A stretch of 54,782 bases of DNA from an archaeon. GTDB lineage: Archaea > Nanobdellota > Nanobdellia > Parvarchaeales > Parvarchaeaceae. The stretch spans positions 1 through 54,782 of the forward strand of contig JBBIPE010000003.1 in NCBI GenBank assembly GCA_037443005.1, given 5' to 3'. Made by a program: the position numbers and the translations under genes. Positions 45,125 to 54,342 of this stretch are shown here, one piece after another. Within the stretch, counting starts at the first letter, position 1, and the number at the start of each line of letters is the position of its first letter. A model generated the notes under the pieces. The model was not told where the DNA came from. It worked only from the letters and a program-made list of their open reading frames with translations, and did not search any database.

Positions 45125-45511
45125 TTACATTCTTCTCCCTTTTCTTCCGCCTTTTCTCTTGCACCCATCATGAGGTACAGGAGTGACATTTTCAACATTC
45201 AGTATCCTTACTCCACTCCTTTCCAGCGCTTTTATAGCAGGCCTTGCTCCTGGACCGGTAGTCTTTGATCCTATTCCGCCTACGGCTCTTATTTTAACGT
45301 AAACATCTCTTATACCCTTTGCAGTTATCTCTTCTGCTATTTTCTTCGCCGCATCCATTGCCGCTCTCGGCGAGGATCCCAATCTGTCAGCTTTTACCTG
45401 CGAACCTCCGCTTTTTATTGAAAAAGTATGCGCATTACTTATATCTGTAACATGTATTATCGTGTTATTCATTGTAGCGTATATATGTACTATTCCAACT
45501 CTGTTTTCCAT
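45125..45511 (-). CDS. rps11: ribosomal protein S11 (uS11)
   Basis: GIVHIYATMNNTIIHVTD...PGARPAIKALERSGVRI. Confidence 0.92.
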   Translation of the reverse strand: MENRVGIVHIYATMNNTIIHVTDISNAHTFSIKSGGSQVKADRLGSSPRAAMDAAKKIAEEITAKGIRDVYVKIRAVGGIGSKTTGPGARPAIKALERSGVRILNVENVTPVPHDGCKRKGGRKGRRM

Positions 45512-45514
45512 GAT

Positions 45515-46048
45515 TTATTTATGCTCCTCCTCCTTTTTAGCTCTTATCGGATGATTCGGCGAGGATAAAGAAGAGCCCTCTGCATAATCTATCTTGTCCT
45601 CTTCGTCTTTTTTCACCATGTAGCTTGGACTGTCTATTATTTTGCCATCGACCACTATATGCCTGTGTGTTATCACCTGCCTTGCCTCCTTTATGCTTCT
45701 TGCCATCTCTTTCCTAAGCACAAAAGTCTGCAGCCGCCTGTCAAGCAAATTTTCAAGGTTTAACTCCAAAACATCATCTACAGTTGCGCCTTCTTTTACC
45801 AGTCCTCTCTTGTAAAGAGTCACTATGAATTCCTTCTCCTCTTCCTGTCCTAAATTAAGAGCTTTAAGACCTACAAGCTCTCTTGCTCTTAACCTGAGGT
45901 TTCTTAAAACAGACTCTACTTTCCACAGCTCCTTCTTGTTCTTGAACCCATACTTTTTCCTAAGAGCCTTATCCCTCTCTATTCGTGGCTTATCCCAGAT
46001 TCTAAGCGGTGATTTGTATTTTCTTGAAGGTCTTTTCGCTGTTCCCAT
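45515..46048 (-). CDS. rps4: ribosomal protein S4 (uS4)
   Basis: RPSRKYKSPLRIWDK...RRLQTFVLRK...HRHIVVDGK. Confidence 0.92.
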   Translation of the reverse strand: MGTAKRPSRKYKSPLRIWDKPRIERDKALRKKYGFKNKKELWKVESVLRNLRLRARELVGLKALNLGQEEEKEFIVTLYKRGLVKEGATVDDVLELNLENLLDRRLQTFVLRKEMARSIKEARQVITHRHIVVDGKIIDSPSYMVKKDEEDKIDYAEGSSLSSPNHPIRAKKEEEHK

Positions 46049-46050
46049 AT

Positions 46051-46590
46051 TTATTTACCAGATCCAGCCTGAGGCTGCTTCTTCTTTATTACTCCAAGAG
46101 AGCTTCCAACTCTTCCATGGAAATTCGCTCCTCTTGATTTGACTTTCTGCCCTCTTAACTTATAATTAAACGAATGCCTGTATCCGCGGTATGATCTGCT
46201 TGTCTTTATATCTTGTATATGCATAGTAATCTTTGACCTAAGATCATTACTTAGAAGATGATAATCCAAGCCTGTTGCCTCATCTTTCCTCCAATTAAAC
46301 ATCCAGTGTGGTATCTTGTATTTGAACGGATCCGAGAATGCCTCTTTCAACTCTGTTAATTCTTTCTCATTTAAGTCCTGTAATTTCTTGTCATCGGATA
46401 TGTTTAAAACCTTCATCAAAGCATTTGCATATGAAAAACTTATGCCGGTTATCGAGCGCAATAAATCTTTAACTTTCCTGCTTCCATCTAAATCTGTATC
46501 AGCTATTCTTACTATTCTTCTTTCCTGCGTATCTACCGCTTTTTTCTGCGGTTCTTTTACAGGTTTTGCCGTGCGTTTTATTCCTTGCAT
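46051..46590 (-). CDS. rps13: ribosomal protein S13 (uS13)
   Basis: IVRIADTDLDG...SYRGYRHSFNYKLRGQKVKS. Confidence 0.92.
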   Translation of the reverse strand: MQGIKRTAKPVKEPQKKAVDTQERRIVRIADTDLDGSRKVKDLLRSITGISFSYANALMKVLNISDDKKLQDLNEKELTELKEAFSDPFKYKIPHWMFNWRKDEATGLDYHLLSNDLRSKITMHIQDIKTSRSYRGYRHSFNYKLRGQKVKSRGANFHGRVGSSLGVIKKKQPQAGSGK

Positions 46591-46639
46591 AAACGAATAA
46601 GATACTCAATAAAGTATTTAAGCTTTTTTAAATATAAGT

Positions 46640-46750
46640 GTAGCGCCAACTTACTTTCCCTCTTTTACGAAGTACTCATAAGACGCACCAGCGATTATCT
46701 TCCGTGTTCGAAATGGGAACGGGATTTGCCGCTGGCCTATGGACGCTATC
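46640..46750 (-). rRNA. 5S rRNA (stand-alone gene)
   Basis: The minus strand contains CCCGUUCCCAUUUCGAACACGGAAG (loop B / helix III signature) and GAGUACU...GGGAA. The terminal helix pairs UAGCGUC with GGCGCUA. The ends are approximate. Confidence 0.75.
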
Positions 46751-46841
46751 AACTCTATTTAGAAAACCTTCATTTAAAAAGCTTTATTTTCCGGTAGTGG
46801 GTATCTATTTAAAGAGGTACCCATCAATAGTATAGCTAGGA

Positions 46842-47417
46842 ATGAAAAGACGAAACAACAAAAGACATATAAGTCTTAGCCGCGCTAAGTCCAACGCAGT
46901 GTTCTTAATGGCAATGGTGGCGATGGCATTTATTATATATGCCTTGGATTTTATCTCATCTGGATCATTGCTCCAGGACTATGCGTTCATTATCGGCACA
47001 ATTGGCTTATTATTCGCTGCCCTGTTTAATAGACAGAAAAACCTTATTGCCATGGAGATTACGGTGATTGTTGGTATATTGCTGTCGATTTTTTCCAGAA
47101 GTATTTTTATGACTGCAGCGATTATAGCCACTGCTGTAATCTTGCTAGTTGTTTACCTATCATTAATAGGTTATTATAAACAGGAAAATATTGGAGTTAT
47201 CGGCAGTGTCGGTTTTGCCCTACTTGCAGTAGGATATGCATTAAACACTGGCAACATACGACTGCTAATGGATATTGCATTTGCGCTCGGCTCTATAGTC
47301 ATAGTGATATACTCATCTCTGTCACTGTTTCTGTACAAGGTGCGTATACAAATCCCGTGGATAATCCTAAATGTAGCTTTCGCTATAGGCCCCCTGATAT
47401 ATATAGTATCACATTAG
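46842..47417 (+). CDS. membrane protein
   Basis: Six hydrophobic spans. Confidence 0.5.
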   Translation: MKRRNNKRHISLSRAKSNAVFLMAMVAMAFIIYALDFISSGSLLQDYAFIIGTIGLLFAALFNRQKNLIAMEITVIVGILLSIFSRSIFMTAAIIATAVILLVVYLSLIGYYKQENIGVIGSVGFALLAVGYALNTGNIRLLMDIAFALGSIVIVIYSSLSLFLYKVRIQIPWIILNVAFAIGPLIYIVSH

Positions 47418-47467
47418 TTTTATTGAAGTAAACTAATAGAACAAACAACCTTAAAATTTAATGCACT

Positions 47468-47746
47468 CTAAGTTTTATTAGGGAGCTGCTTTGATTCATT
47501 GTAGATAGAATTCCTTGCCTTTTCCAAAGGGAGGTACATTGCTTTATTCTTTTTACATCCAAGATCTAAAACCTCGCACGTTTCTGTGTAAAGCTTTTTG
47601 GTTTTGTTATATAATGAAAGCTTGTCAATGCCTGGATTACTCATCTCTACGGCTTCTTCCAGCCTTTTATATAAACCTTCAAATGTATTTTCATTCAAGC
47701 CATTCTTTATATCTTCAGACTCAAGCAATTTCTTCAGAAAATTCAT
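47468..47746 (-). CDS. hypothetical protein
   Basis: An ORF only. Confidence 0.4.
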   Translation of the reverse strand: MNFLKKLLESEDIKNGLNENTFEGLYKRLEEAVEMSNPGIDKLSLYNKTKKLYTETCEVLDLGCKKNKAMYLPLEKARNSIYNESKQLPNKT

Positions 47747-47850
47747 AAAGCACCAATAATGTGAATGACTATCAATAAGCCAGCATCTACACCGCGATTC
47801 ATTGTGTATTTACGCATATTTTTATTAAAGAATATCCTAATATATAAGCC

Positions 47851-48489
47851 TTATTTTTTGTTATCGTTTGAATTAAGCGCGTCTATATAAAGCTGGTAAA
47901 TAGGCAGCAATTCCTCCTCCTTGATGCTGTACAATCTACGCAGTATCGCGAGCATATCATCTTTATCATTTTCCATCTTGTATAACATGGCTCTGTATAC
48001 TTCCTTACCTTTCTTTGTAAGTTTTGTACCGAAAATTCCTTTATGTATATACCCTTTACTCTCAAGCGTTGAAATTATCTCATCCCCTATGCCACCATCT
48101 CTTTCTATTTCTGGCTGCATGCCCGTATCCTTTTTCAAAAGCTGGTAGACTATGAAACCGAGCTTCTTTACCTTCGAATCTGAGGATGGCTTTTCTCCGC
48201 AGGAGATTATACCTATCTTTTCCTTTTCCTCCAGCTTATTCAATTTATCAATGTAATAATCTATCTTTTCCTGTGTCTTCTTCTCCTTCATTGATTCATA
48301 TATTGTAAGCCCTAATGTAACTAGATCAATGCCGATGGCATCCAAAAGACCCTTTGTGCCATAGGAGAAATAAGCCAAAAAGTTCCCAGCTGTGAAAGTA
48401 CCGGCTATTGCTGCGTAATATTTTTTATAGTCTCTCCCCTTTTTTCTATCCTTCTTTGAAAGTATATCCTCCAGATCCGATTTCGCCAT
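47851..48489 (-). CDS. membrane-anchored protein with C-terminal winged-helix-like domain
   Basis: A basic N-terminus and TM region (YYAAIAGTFTAGNFLAYF...) precede a coiled coil, then DEIISTLESKGYIHKGIFGTKLTKKGKEVY (a MarR-like recognition helix plus wing). Confidence 0.45.
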   Translation of the reverse strand: MAKSDLEDILSKKDRKKGRDYKKYYAAIAGTFTAGNFLAYFSYGTKGLLDAIGIDLVTLGLTIYESMKEKKTQEKIDYYIDKLNKLEEKEKIGIISCGEKPSSDSKVKKLGFIVYQLLKKDTGMQPEIERDGGIGDEIISTLESKGYIHKGIFGTKLTKKGKEVYRAMLYKMENDKDDMLAILRRLYSIKEEELLPIYQLYIDALNSNDNKK

Positions 48490-48635
48490 TTCCTCCCCCC
48501 ATGATAATTTCTATCAAAATAAGTATTAAAAGAAAATTTAGATATTACATAAGTATTACTTATTTATTTTGAGGAGAGCATTTTATTACTTGATATCACC
48601 AAAAGATATAAATATGATAATAAATTAACAAAAAG

Positions 48636-49139
48636 ATGGAAATGAAACAGACAGACGATTTTCCCGAAACATTCTACGCAATGATAGAAATACCAATGGG
48701 AAGCAATTGCAAATATGAATACAAAGAGGATTTAGAGGCAATAGCGCTTGACAGAGTGCTTTTCACATCGATGGCTTACCCAGCTAATTACGGTTTCATA
48801 CTACAGACTGAAGGAAAAGACGGAGATCCTTTGGATGTATTAGTATACTCATCTGTTCCCATAAATCCAGGTATAATTGTAAAATGCCGTGCGATAGGCA
48901 TAGCTGAGATGAGCGATGAGGAGGGAGAAGACAATAAGGTTATAGCCGTGCCAGTCGACAAGGTTGATCCTGCATCATCTTCGATTAAAACCGAGGCAGA
49001 TCTGCCGGAATACCAGAAAAACAAGCTAAAGCACTTCTTTGAACATTACAAGGAATTAGAGAAAGGGAAGCACATGGAGTTCCACAGCTTCAAAGGGAAA
49101 GAAGAAGCCTTAAAGCAGATAAAAGAAGCAAAAGTTTAA
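48636..49139 (+). CDS. ppa: inorganic pyrophosphatase (family I)
   Basis: The signature DGDPLDVLV is present, along with EIPMGSNCKYEY. Confidence 0.92.
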   Translation: MEMKQTDDFPETFYAMIEIPMGSNCKYEYKEDLEAIALDRVLFTSMAYPANYGFILQTEGKDGDPLDVLVYSSVPINPGIIVKCRAIGIAEMSDEEGEDNKVIAVPVDKVDPASSSIKTEADLPEYQKNKLKHFFEHYKELEKGKHMEFHSFKGKEEALKQIKEAKV

Positions 49140-49185
49140 TCTTTTTCAGTTGCTTTTCTTAAAATTCTGAATAGACACAGCTTTT

Positions 49186-49659
49186 TTACTGTTTTGTATA
49201 ATTTTTAGGATCTGCACTATCTTTTTCATATTTATTATAGAAATCTATAACCTTTTCCTTCAGACTGTCTTTGGATATTTCAGTTAGGAGCATATCAGAG
49301 ACCTGATTGTATGTCTTTTGAATACCAAGACGTGAAGAAATAGACCCTGCTATTAAAGTCGGGAAAAACACACCTAAAATTAAATCAACAACTGAAAAAT
49401 TACCAGTAGCATACAAAGCACCCGTAGTGCCTACTGCCACTGCCAATGGTATGTAAGGGTATATTCCCAGTCTGTTTTTTCTGTGATTTTCATTCTTATC
49501 CATGCTGTTGTAATGTTCATATACTAGGTATTCAAAGAAATCTGCTTTTGCTTCCGGATTTACCTCTATATAGTTTACTATATTTTCCGTTTTTTCATCT
49601 TTTATACTTTCCAGCCGCCTATCAACCTCAGTGAGCATATCTTCTATGCTATTTTTCAT
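49186..49659 (-). CDS. membrane protein
   Basis: An acidic N-terminal domain is followed by two hydrophobic spans. Confidence 0.45.
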   Translation of the reverse strand: MKNSIEDMLTEVDRRLESIKDEKTENIVNYIEVNPEAKADFFEYLVYEHYNSMDKNENHRKNRLGIYPYIPLAVAVGTTGALYATGNFSVVDLILGVFFPTLIAGSISSRLGIQKTYNQVSDMLLTEISKDSLKEKVIDFYNKYEKDSADPKNYTKQ

Positions 49660-49793
49660 TGATTTTTAATGAATAACACCAGATTTAAGCTTTTTAAGTG
49701 ACTGAGATTAGATAAACTGAGAAAAACAGGATTAATAAGTTAAAAAAGATTAGTAACTATTAAATAAATTGCAAACGCTTTAATAGTTATTAT

Positions 49794-49865
49794 AGCCCCT
49801 TAGTCTAGCGGCAAGGACGACAGGCTCTGGACCTGTAAACACCGGTTCAAATCCGATAGGGGCTA
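49794..49865 (+). tRNA. tRNA-Gln (anticodon CTG)
   Basis: Acceptor AGCCCCT/AGGGGCT has A1:U72 (the archaeal Gln feature). The anticodon arm is ACAGG-CTCTGGA-CCTGT. The T stem shows one C-A mismatch as I fold it. Confidence 0.85.
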
Positions 49866-49872
49866 CTTCTTA

Positions 49873-50088
49873 TTTGGGGTATATGATATCTCATTATTAA
49901 AAGGACTCTTATCCCCAAAACCCCAAAGGAAAGCCCAATCCCTGTCTAAGCTATGGCCTAAGCATGCGGGAGTAATGTGGGAGTCATTTGGGAGTAGAGT
50001 GGGATTCGTTGGGAGTAAAACTCACTAATTGGGGAGTCTGGGAAAAGGGGGAAAATTCGGGATATCAGGATTGCTTTAAAAGTTTAAA
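49873..50088 (+). repeat. copy C of the ~210-bp conserved non-coding module, starting ~8 nt after tRNA-Gln
   Basis: It has the same ordered blocks as copies A and B. GGGAGT-type units start at 49968, 49979, 49990, 50001 and 50011. Confidence 0.75.
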
Positions 50089-50213
50089 AAAAATATTATA
50101 TAATAGATAATATATGGTTAAAAATGATGATAAAGAAAGCAAAAAGGAAAAGCCGATCTTATCTAAACAGAATTTTAAAAATATAATATGATACAAATAT
50201 AGTACACAAACAT

Positions 50214-50699
50214 ATGGAAAATATCAAAATAGTACGGCCCAAAAGAACCGATGCAAAGGACATATTTAGGCTGCAGAAAGAGTTCGATGCGTATTTACAA
50301 AGCCTTACAAAGAAGAAACGCAAAGACCACGCTTTGAAACGCGAAAAGGCTTTCATGCGCTATGGTTTTGGCAAGAACCGGTTGTTCTATACATTGATAG
50401 CCAAAAAGAATAGAGTGGCCGTAGGTTATATCTGTTACCATCTCGGATATGATCCCGATGAAATGCAGGGGCCGGTAATCCATGTAATTGATATATTTGT
50501 TAGCTCGTCTGCGCGTGGACATGGTATAGGCAAATCGCTTATGAAAGCGGTTGCTGAAGTCTGTAAAAGAAAGGGCGGTTTTGCACTTTATTTTGCCGTG
50601 TGGAATAAGAATAAATCGGCAATAAAATTCTATAAGAAACTCGGTGCTGACTGGGAGAGAGAAGTGCCGTTCATGCATTGGTTTTTAGACGGCAGATGA
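50214..50699 (+). CDS. GNAT-family N-acetyltransferase
   Basis: Motif A is IFVSSSARGHGIGKSLM. Confidence 0.8.
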   Translation: MENIKIVRPKRTDAKDIFRLQKEFDAYLQSLTKKKRKDHALKREKAFMRYGFGKNRLFYTLIAKKNRVAVGYICYHLGYDPDEMQGPVIHVIDIFVSSSARGHGIGKSLMKAVAEVCKRKGGFALYFAVWNKNKSAIKFYKKLGADWEREVPFMHWFLDGR

Positions 50700-50869
50700 G
50701 AAGTTATTGGGCAGGTATTATAAATTACAATTTATTCTGCCCTATAATTTCCAAAGTCATGAAAAGAAACATGAAAGAAGACATTTTAGGAAAGTAAATT
50801 ATAACTAATAACAATTTAGTTGCGTGGCGGTAGCTAAAAAACTAGGAAGAAAAACATGAACTTATTTGC

Positions 50870-51184
50870 TTGTTATTAACATCTTTGGTTGTAGTGCTAA
50901 TTTTTTGTTTTGCTCTGCTACTGATGATTAATTACAGGGTAAATTTCCTCTTTGCTGTGCCAATTTGGATTGTCTTATCACTATTTTATATTGTAACAAT
51001 AAAAAGATATTTAGAAAGAGAGGCCGATATCATCGCTGCCCGTAAAGTTGGCAAGGATGTTTTTAAGAAGTCATTACAAAAATTATCGAAAATTGGTATG
51101 CCCAATGACTGTTTGTTCCATGGTACTTTCTCTTTTAGAATTAAAAGAATAGAAAAAATTAACCTATCAAAAATTAGTCGTTAA
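50870..51184 (+). pseudogene. M48/HtpX-like peptidase remnant lacking HExxH
   Basis: The tail READIIAARKVGKDVFKKSLQKL resembles the third-ligand / C-terminal helix of M48 peptidases. No HExxH is present. The ORF starts at TTG, and an upstream ATG (50856) is out of frame and stops after 7 codons. Confidence 0.35.
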
Positions 51185-53907
51185 TTATCTTTTAAACTAT
51201 CCTCAATTATTTTCTTTTCTTCTTCTGTTATTCCGTAAATTTTGTATACAAGACTATCAATTATGTTTCCTATGCCCATTATCTCGTTCTCTAATTTTGC
51301 GTTGGTATCGGTTCTCTTATCAAGGGACTTATTAAGTTGCTTCTGTAATAATAATCTTTTATCGACAAGTTCTACAATTTCTTTTTGCTCGTTCTTTGAG
51401 ATTATCTTTATTGGTAGAGCTCGTATATTATTAGGATAAACATGCAATCCCGAGCCAATAAAAGTTTTGAAATAAAATTTCATAAGTTTTGAGTTAAAAA
51501 TCGCTAGTATGTAACGTATGTCGTATCTTTTAGACTCAGTTATTTGCTCTTTAGTTAACGTTAGCCCCCTCCTTTTTATTCCAAAGAGCTCAAAAAATGG
51601 TAAGCATATTGACAAAGTATGTTCGACATAATAATTTTCAGTATCTAATGTAGCTTTTATACCTCCCTTTGCGTTTACATCTCTAATGATTATTTTTGGA
51701 TTTTCAAAAAGCTCTTTAAACATTGGGTTATATAATTTTTTTATATCATACAACAGGTATTTTCCATCATAGTTTATTGTGTATCTATCAATATCTCTAC
51801 CATCTAACATCGGTTTACAAAGATCATTTATTTTTTGTTTTAAAACAAAATTTTTAATATCCCCACTTCTAGCCCCCCAATTTACATAACATATATCTTT
51901 TACTAAAACTGAATTTGTTTCAATTTTTTGTTTTAGCTTCATTTTTGTTGGGTTTATATCAATTCTAAATAGAGTTTGTTTATCATCAGAATACATAGAT
52001 TGTTTTATCTCTAATATATTTTCCTCAATTATATTTTTGTTTTTTGGGTCTTCTGTTGGTCTTACAATCTTGATTTTATTTTTATCTCTTTTTACCTTAT
52101 CTTTATTTTTTCTAAGAACTATAATTATATTATCAACTGTTGCATCTGCGAATATTTTATAGTTAGTTAAGTCAACAATTTTAATTATACAACAATTTTC
52201 GGTGATATATTTTCTTATCATTTCACCGTATGGCTGTAATAAAAATTTATCGGGCACTATAAAACTAAAGTATCCACCTTCTCTTAAAAGTTTTGTTGCT
52301 CTTTCTATGAATAATACATACAAATCGAATTTCTTATGAGCACTGAAATAGATTTTTTGGTAGTAGTCTATTTCTTTTTTATTTTTAGACAGCAGATAAA
52401 TGTTGACATAAGGCGGATTCCCGATTACAATATAAAATCCACCTTCCTTGATTATTCCTGGGAATTGTTCTTCCCATTTGAAAGCTTTATCACCTACAAT
52501 TTTCGGGTCGTCTATCAAAGAGTTCCCAACTTTCAAGTTATCCCTTAGAACTGGTAATAATTCTCCCTTTGATAGAGAATTACTTTTCGATAGAGTTAAT
52601 ACAGTTAGATAGATATTGAGTTCAGCGATTTTTATGGCCTTCCCATCCAAATCTACACCAAAAACATTATTCTTTATTACTTCCAATTTTTGTTTTGGAG
52701 AAAAATTCTCATAGTCTTCGTAATTTTCGGTATAATATTCATCTAAAACTCTAACTGCTGCAATTAGAAACGAACCCGAACCACATGCCGGATCTAATAT
52801 TTTTAGTTTTTTAACTTCATTAAGTTTTGCAGTTTTAAGCTTTTCTCCTAAAGTATTTTCTATTATGTAATCTACGATATACTTAGGAGTATAGTAAATA
52901 CCCTGAGCTTTCCTTTGTGCGTTTCCTCCCGATAGTTTTATGCCTTTTTGGATATAAGATAGGTAGTTCTCATACATGCTTCCGAGTATATCCTGGTCTA
53001 TAGCAGCAAAGTTGTAGGATAGTTTACTATTAACTGGGTGAGATATTGTAGACAATACATCATTAATTACATCATCGCTTATTTCTAAATTTTCTACCTC
53101 AGATTTCTCTTCTGGCTTCCCAAATATGTCACTGTCATATTCTTCTCTGTAGTACTCAAATATCTTCTTAAGATTATAATAAACATTTGACTTATCACGT
53201 CTTATCAAAGGCTCAAGCTGTTTTTCCTCAAGAAGTTCAGCTTCTATCTTCTTTATGAATATTAGCCTGTTTATTATACCTTGGGTAAGTTCTTCATATT
53301 CATCATTAGAGTATTTAGTTTTATACTCTCTTTTTAGATAGTTATTAAGTTTCTCTCTAATTAAATTAATACTTAAAGTAAGCTCACTAGATATGTCTAT
53401 CTGCCCGGTCTTTATGCCTCTTCTTTTGGCCTCTTCTTCTATCCCTCCGTTTAATATATTGTCATTTCTAAACCACTTTAGCTGGCTTTCGATGTTATCT
53501 AAGCTGTAAGAAGTAAGCTCAATATCACAGAAAGGGGATATCTTGCCGTCGCTTCCTATATACCAGGCTTTGAACCATCTGAAATTGGTTAAAATTGCTA
53601 TGTTTACAGCCTTATTGTAAGCGTACTCCAGTACTTGATCATCATAATTGGAAGTGGATAAATCGACCCCTAATTTCTTTGCCTCTACAATAACCTTTGG
53701 TACCCTAAGGTACCAGTAGTCCGGTCTCTTAATGCTCTCTTTAGTCTCTACGGAAGCTTCCCTCCTTATGTTATCTTCATCCCAGCCTAGGACTTCTGTC
53801 AATAAAGGATCTATAAGCTTAGCTTTTGTATCATTTTCACTTAAAGTTTTATCTGATAAGAGCCTTTTACATTTCTCTATAAGCTCCTTCAGTCTTTCTA
53901 TTTGCAT
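51181..53907 (-). CDS. type IIG restriction-modification enzyme (fused PD-(D/E)xK nuclease, N6-adenine methyltransferase and target-recognition domain)
   Basis: The N-terminal HSDR_N-like nuclease reads AKLIDPLLTEVLGW...RPDYWY...VIVEAKK. Methyltransferase motif I is LDPACGSGSFL and motif IV is GNPPYV. A C-terminal TRD follows. Confidence 0.85.
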   Translation of the reverse strand: MQIERLKELIEKCKRLLSDKTLSENDTKAKLIDPLLTEVLGWDEDNIRREASVETKESIKRPDYWYLRVPKVIVEAKKLGVDLSTSNYDDQVLEYAYNKAVNIAILTNFRWFKAWYIGSDGKISPFCDIELTSYSLDNIESQLKWFRNDNILNGGIEEEAKRRGIKTGQIDISSELTLSINLIREKLNNYLKREYKTKYSNDEYEELTQGIINRLIFIKKIEAELLEEKQLEPLIRRDKSNVYYNLKKIFEYYREEYDSDIFGKPEEKSEVENLEISDDVINDVLSTISHPVNSKLSYNFAAIDQDILGSMYENYLSYIQKGIKLSGGNAQRKAQGIYYTPKYIVDYIIENTLGEKLKTAKLNEVKKLKILDPACGSGSFLIAAVRVLDEYYTENYEDYENFSPKQKLEVIKNNVFGVDLDGKAIKIAELNIYLTVLTLSKSNSLSKGELLPVLRDNLKVGNSLIDDPKIVGDKAFKWEEQFPGIIKEGGFYIVIGNPPYVNIYLLSKNKKEIDYYQKIYFSAHKKFDLYVLFIERATKLLREGGYFSFIVPDKFLLQPYGEMIRKYITENCCIIKIVDLTNYKIFADATVDNIIIVLRKNKDKVKRDKNKIKIVRPTEDPKNKNIIEENILEIKQSMYSDDKQTLFRIDINPTKMKLKQKIETNSVLVKDICYVNWGARSGDIKNFVLKQKINDLCKPMLDGRDIDRYTINYDGKYLLYDIKKLYNPMFKELFENPKIIIRDVNAKGGIKATLDTENYYVEHTLSICLPFFELFGIKRRGLTLTKEQITESKRYDIRYILAIFNSKLMKFYFKTFIGSGLHVYPNNIRALPIKIISKNEQKEIVELVDKRLLLQKQLNKSLDKRTDTNAKLENEIMGIGNIIDSLVYKIYGITEEEKKIIEDSLKDN

Positions 53908-54116
53908 ATTAGATAGTAAATATCCTGCTTAATAAAATTATGTAACTTTGTAGATGTTATAGTAAAAACTAGGCTGATTAATTTTAGGATATCCATAGTT
54001 TAGCTCTTTATTTCCAATTATACTATCTTTTCAAGTAATATTTTTCACGAAAGGTTTGTTGACTTTTTTTAAAAAGTCTTAAATAGAAAGATTACAACTA
54101 CTATTTATCTTAATAT

Positions 54117-54341
54117 ATGAATAACAAGGAAGAATTTGAGAGAGCTGTTAATAAAGCCAAATCGTATAAAGATGTAGAAGAAAAGCGACTGAGAGTACTT
54201 CAAAAATATAGAAGAGATTTTTGCATTTTATTGATTAATTCTTCCATTTTTTATCTTTACTGGTCTACTTATGGTAATCTACGAGGTTTTACGCCAAATT
54301 TACTATACAAATTTCCAATTCCAGAGTATATGTTAAAATAA
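54117..54341 (+). pseudogene. fragment resembling the C-terminal part of a methyltransferase/TRD
   Basis: ILLINSSIFYLYWSTYGNLRGFTPNLLYKFPIP parallels AIFNSKLMKFYFKTFIGSGLHVYPNNIRALPIK in the 908-aa enzyme. Confidence 0.35.
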
Positions 54342-54342
54342 T

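Noticed and set aside
51430-54341. Idea that the TRD-like fragment and the RM gene form an invertible specificity shufflon
   Set aside because: The similarity is only at the protein-motif level. I see no nucleotide-level inverted repeat between 54200-54330 and the corresponding part of the RM gene (about 51430-51520).
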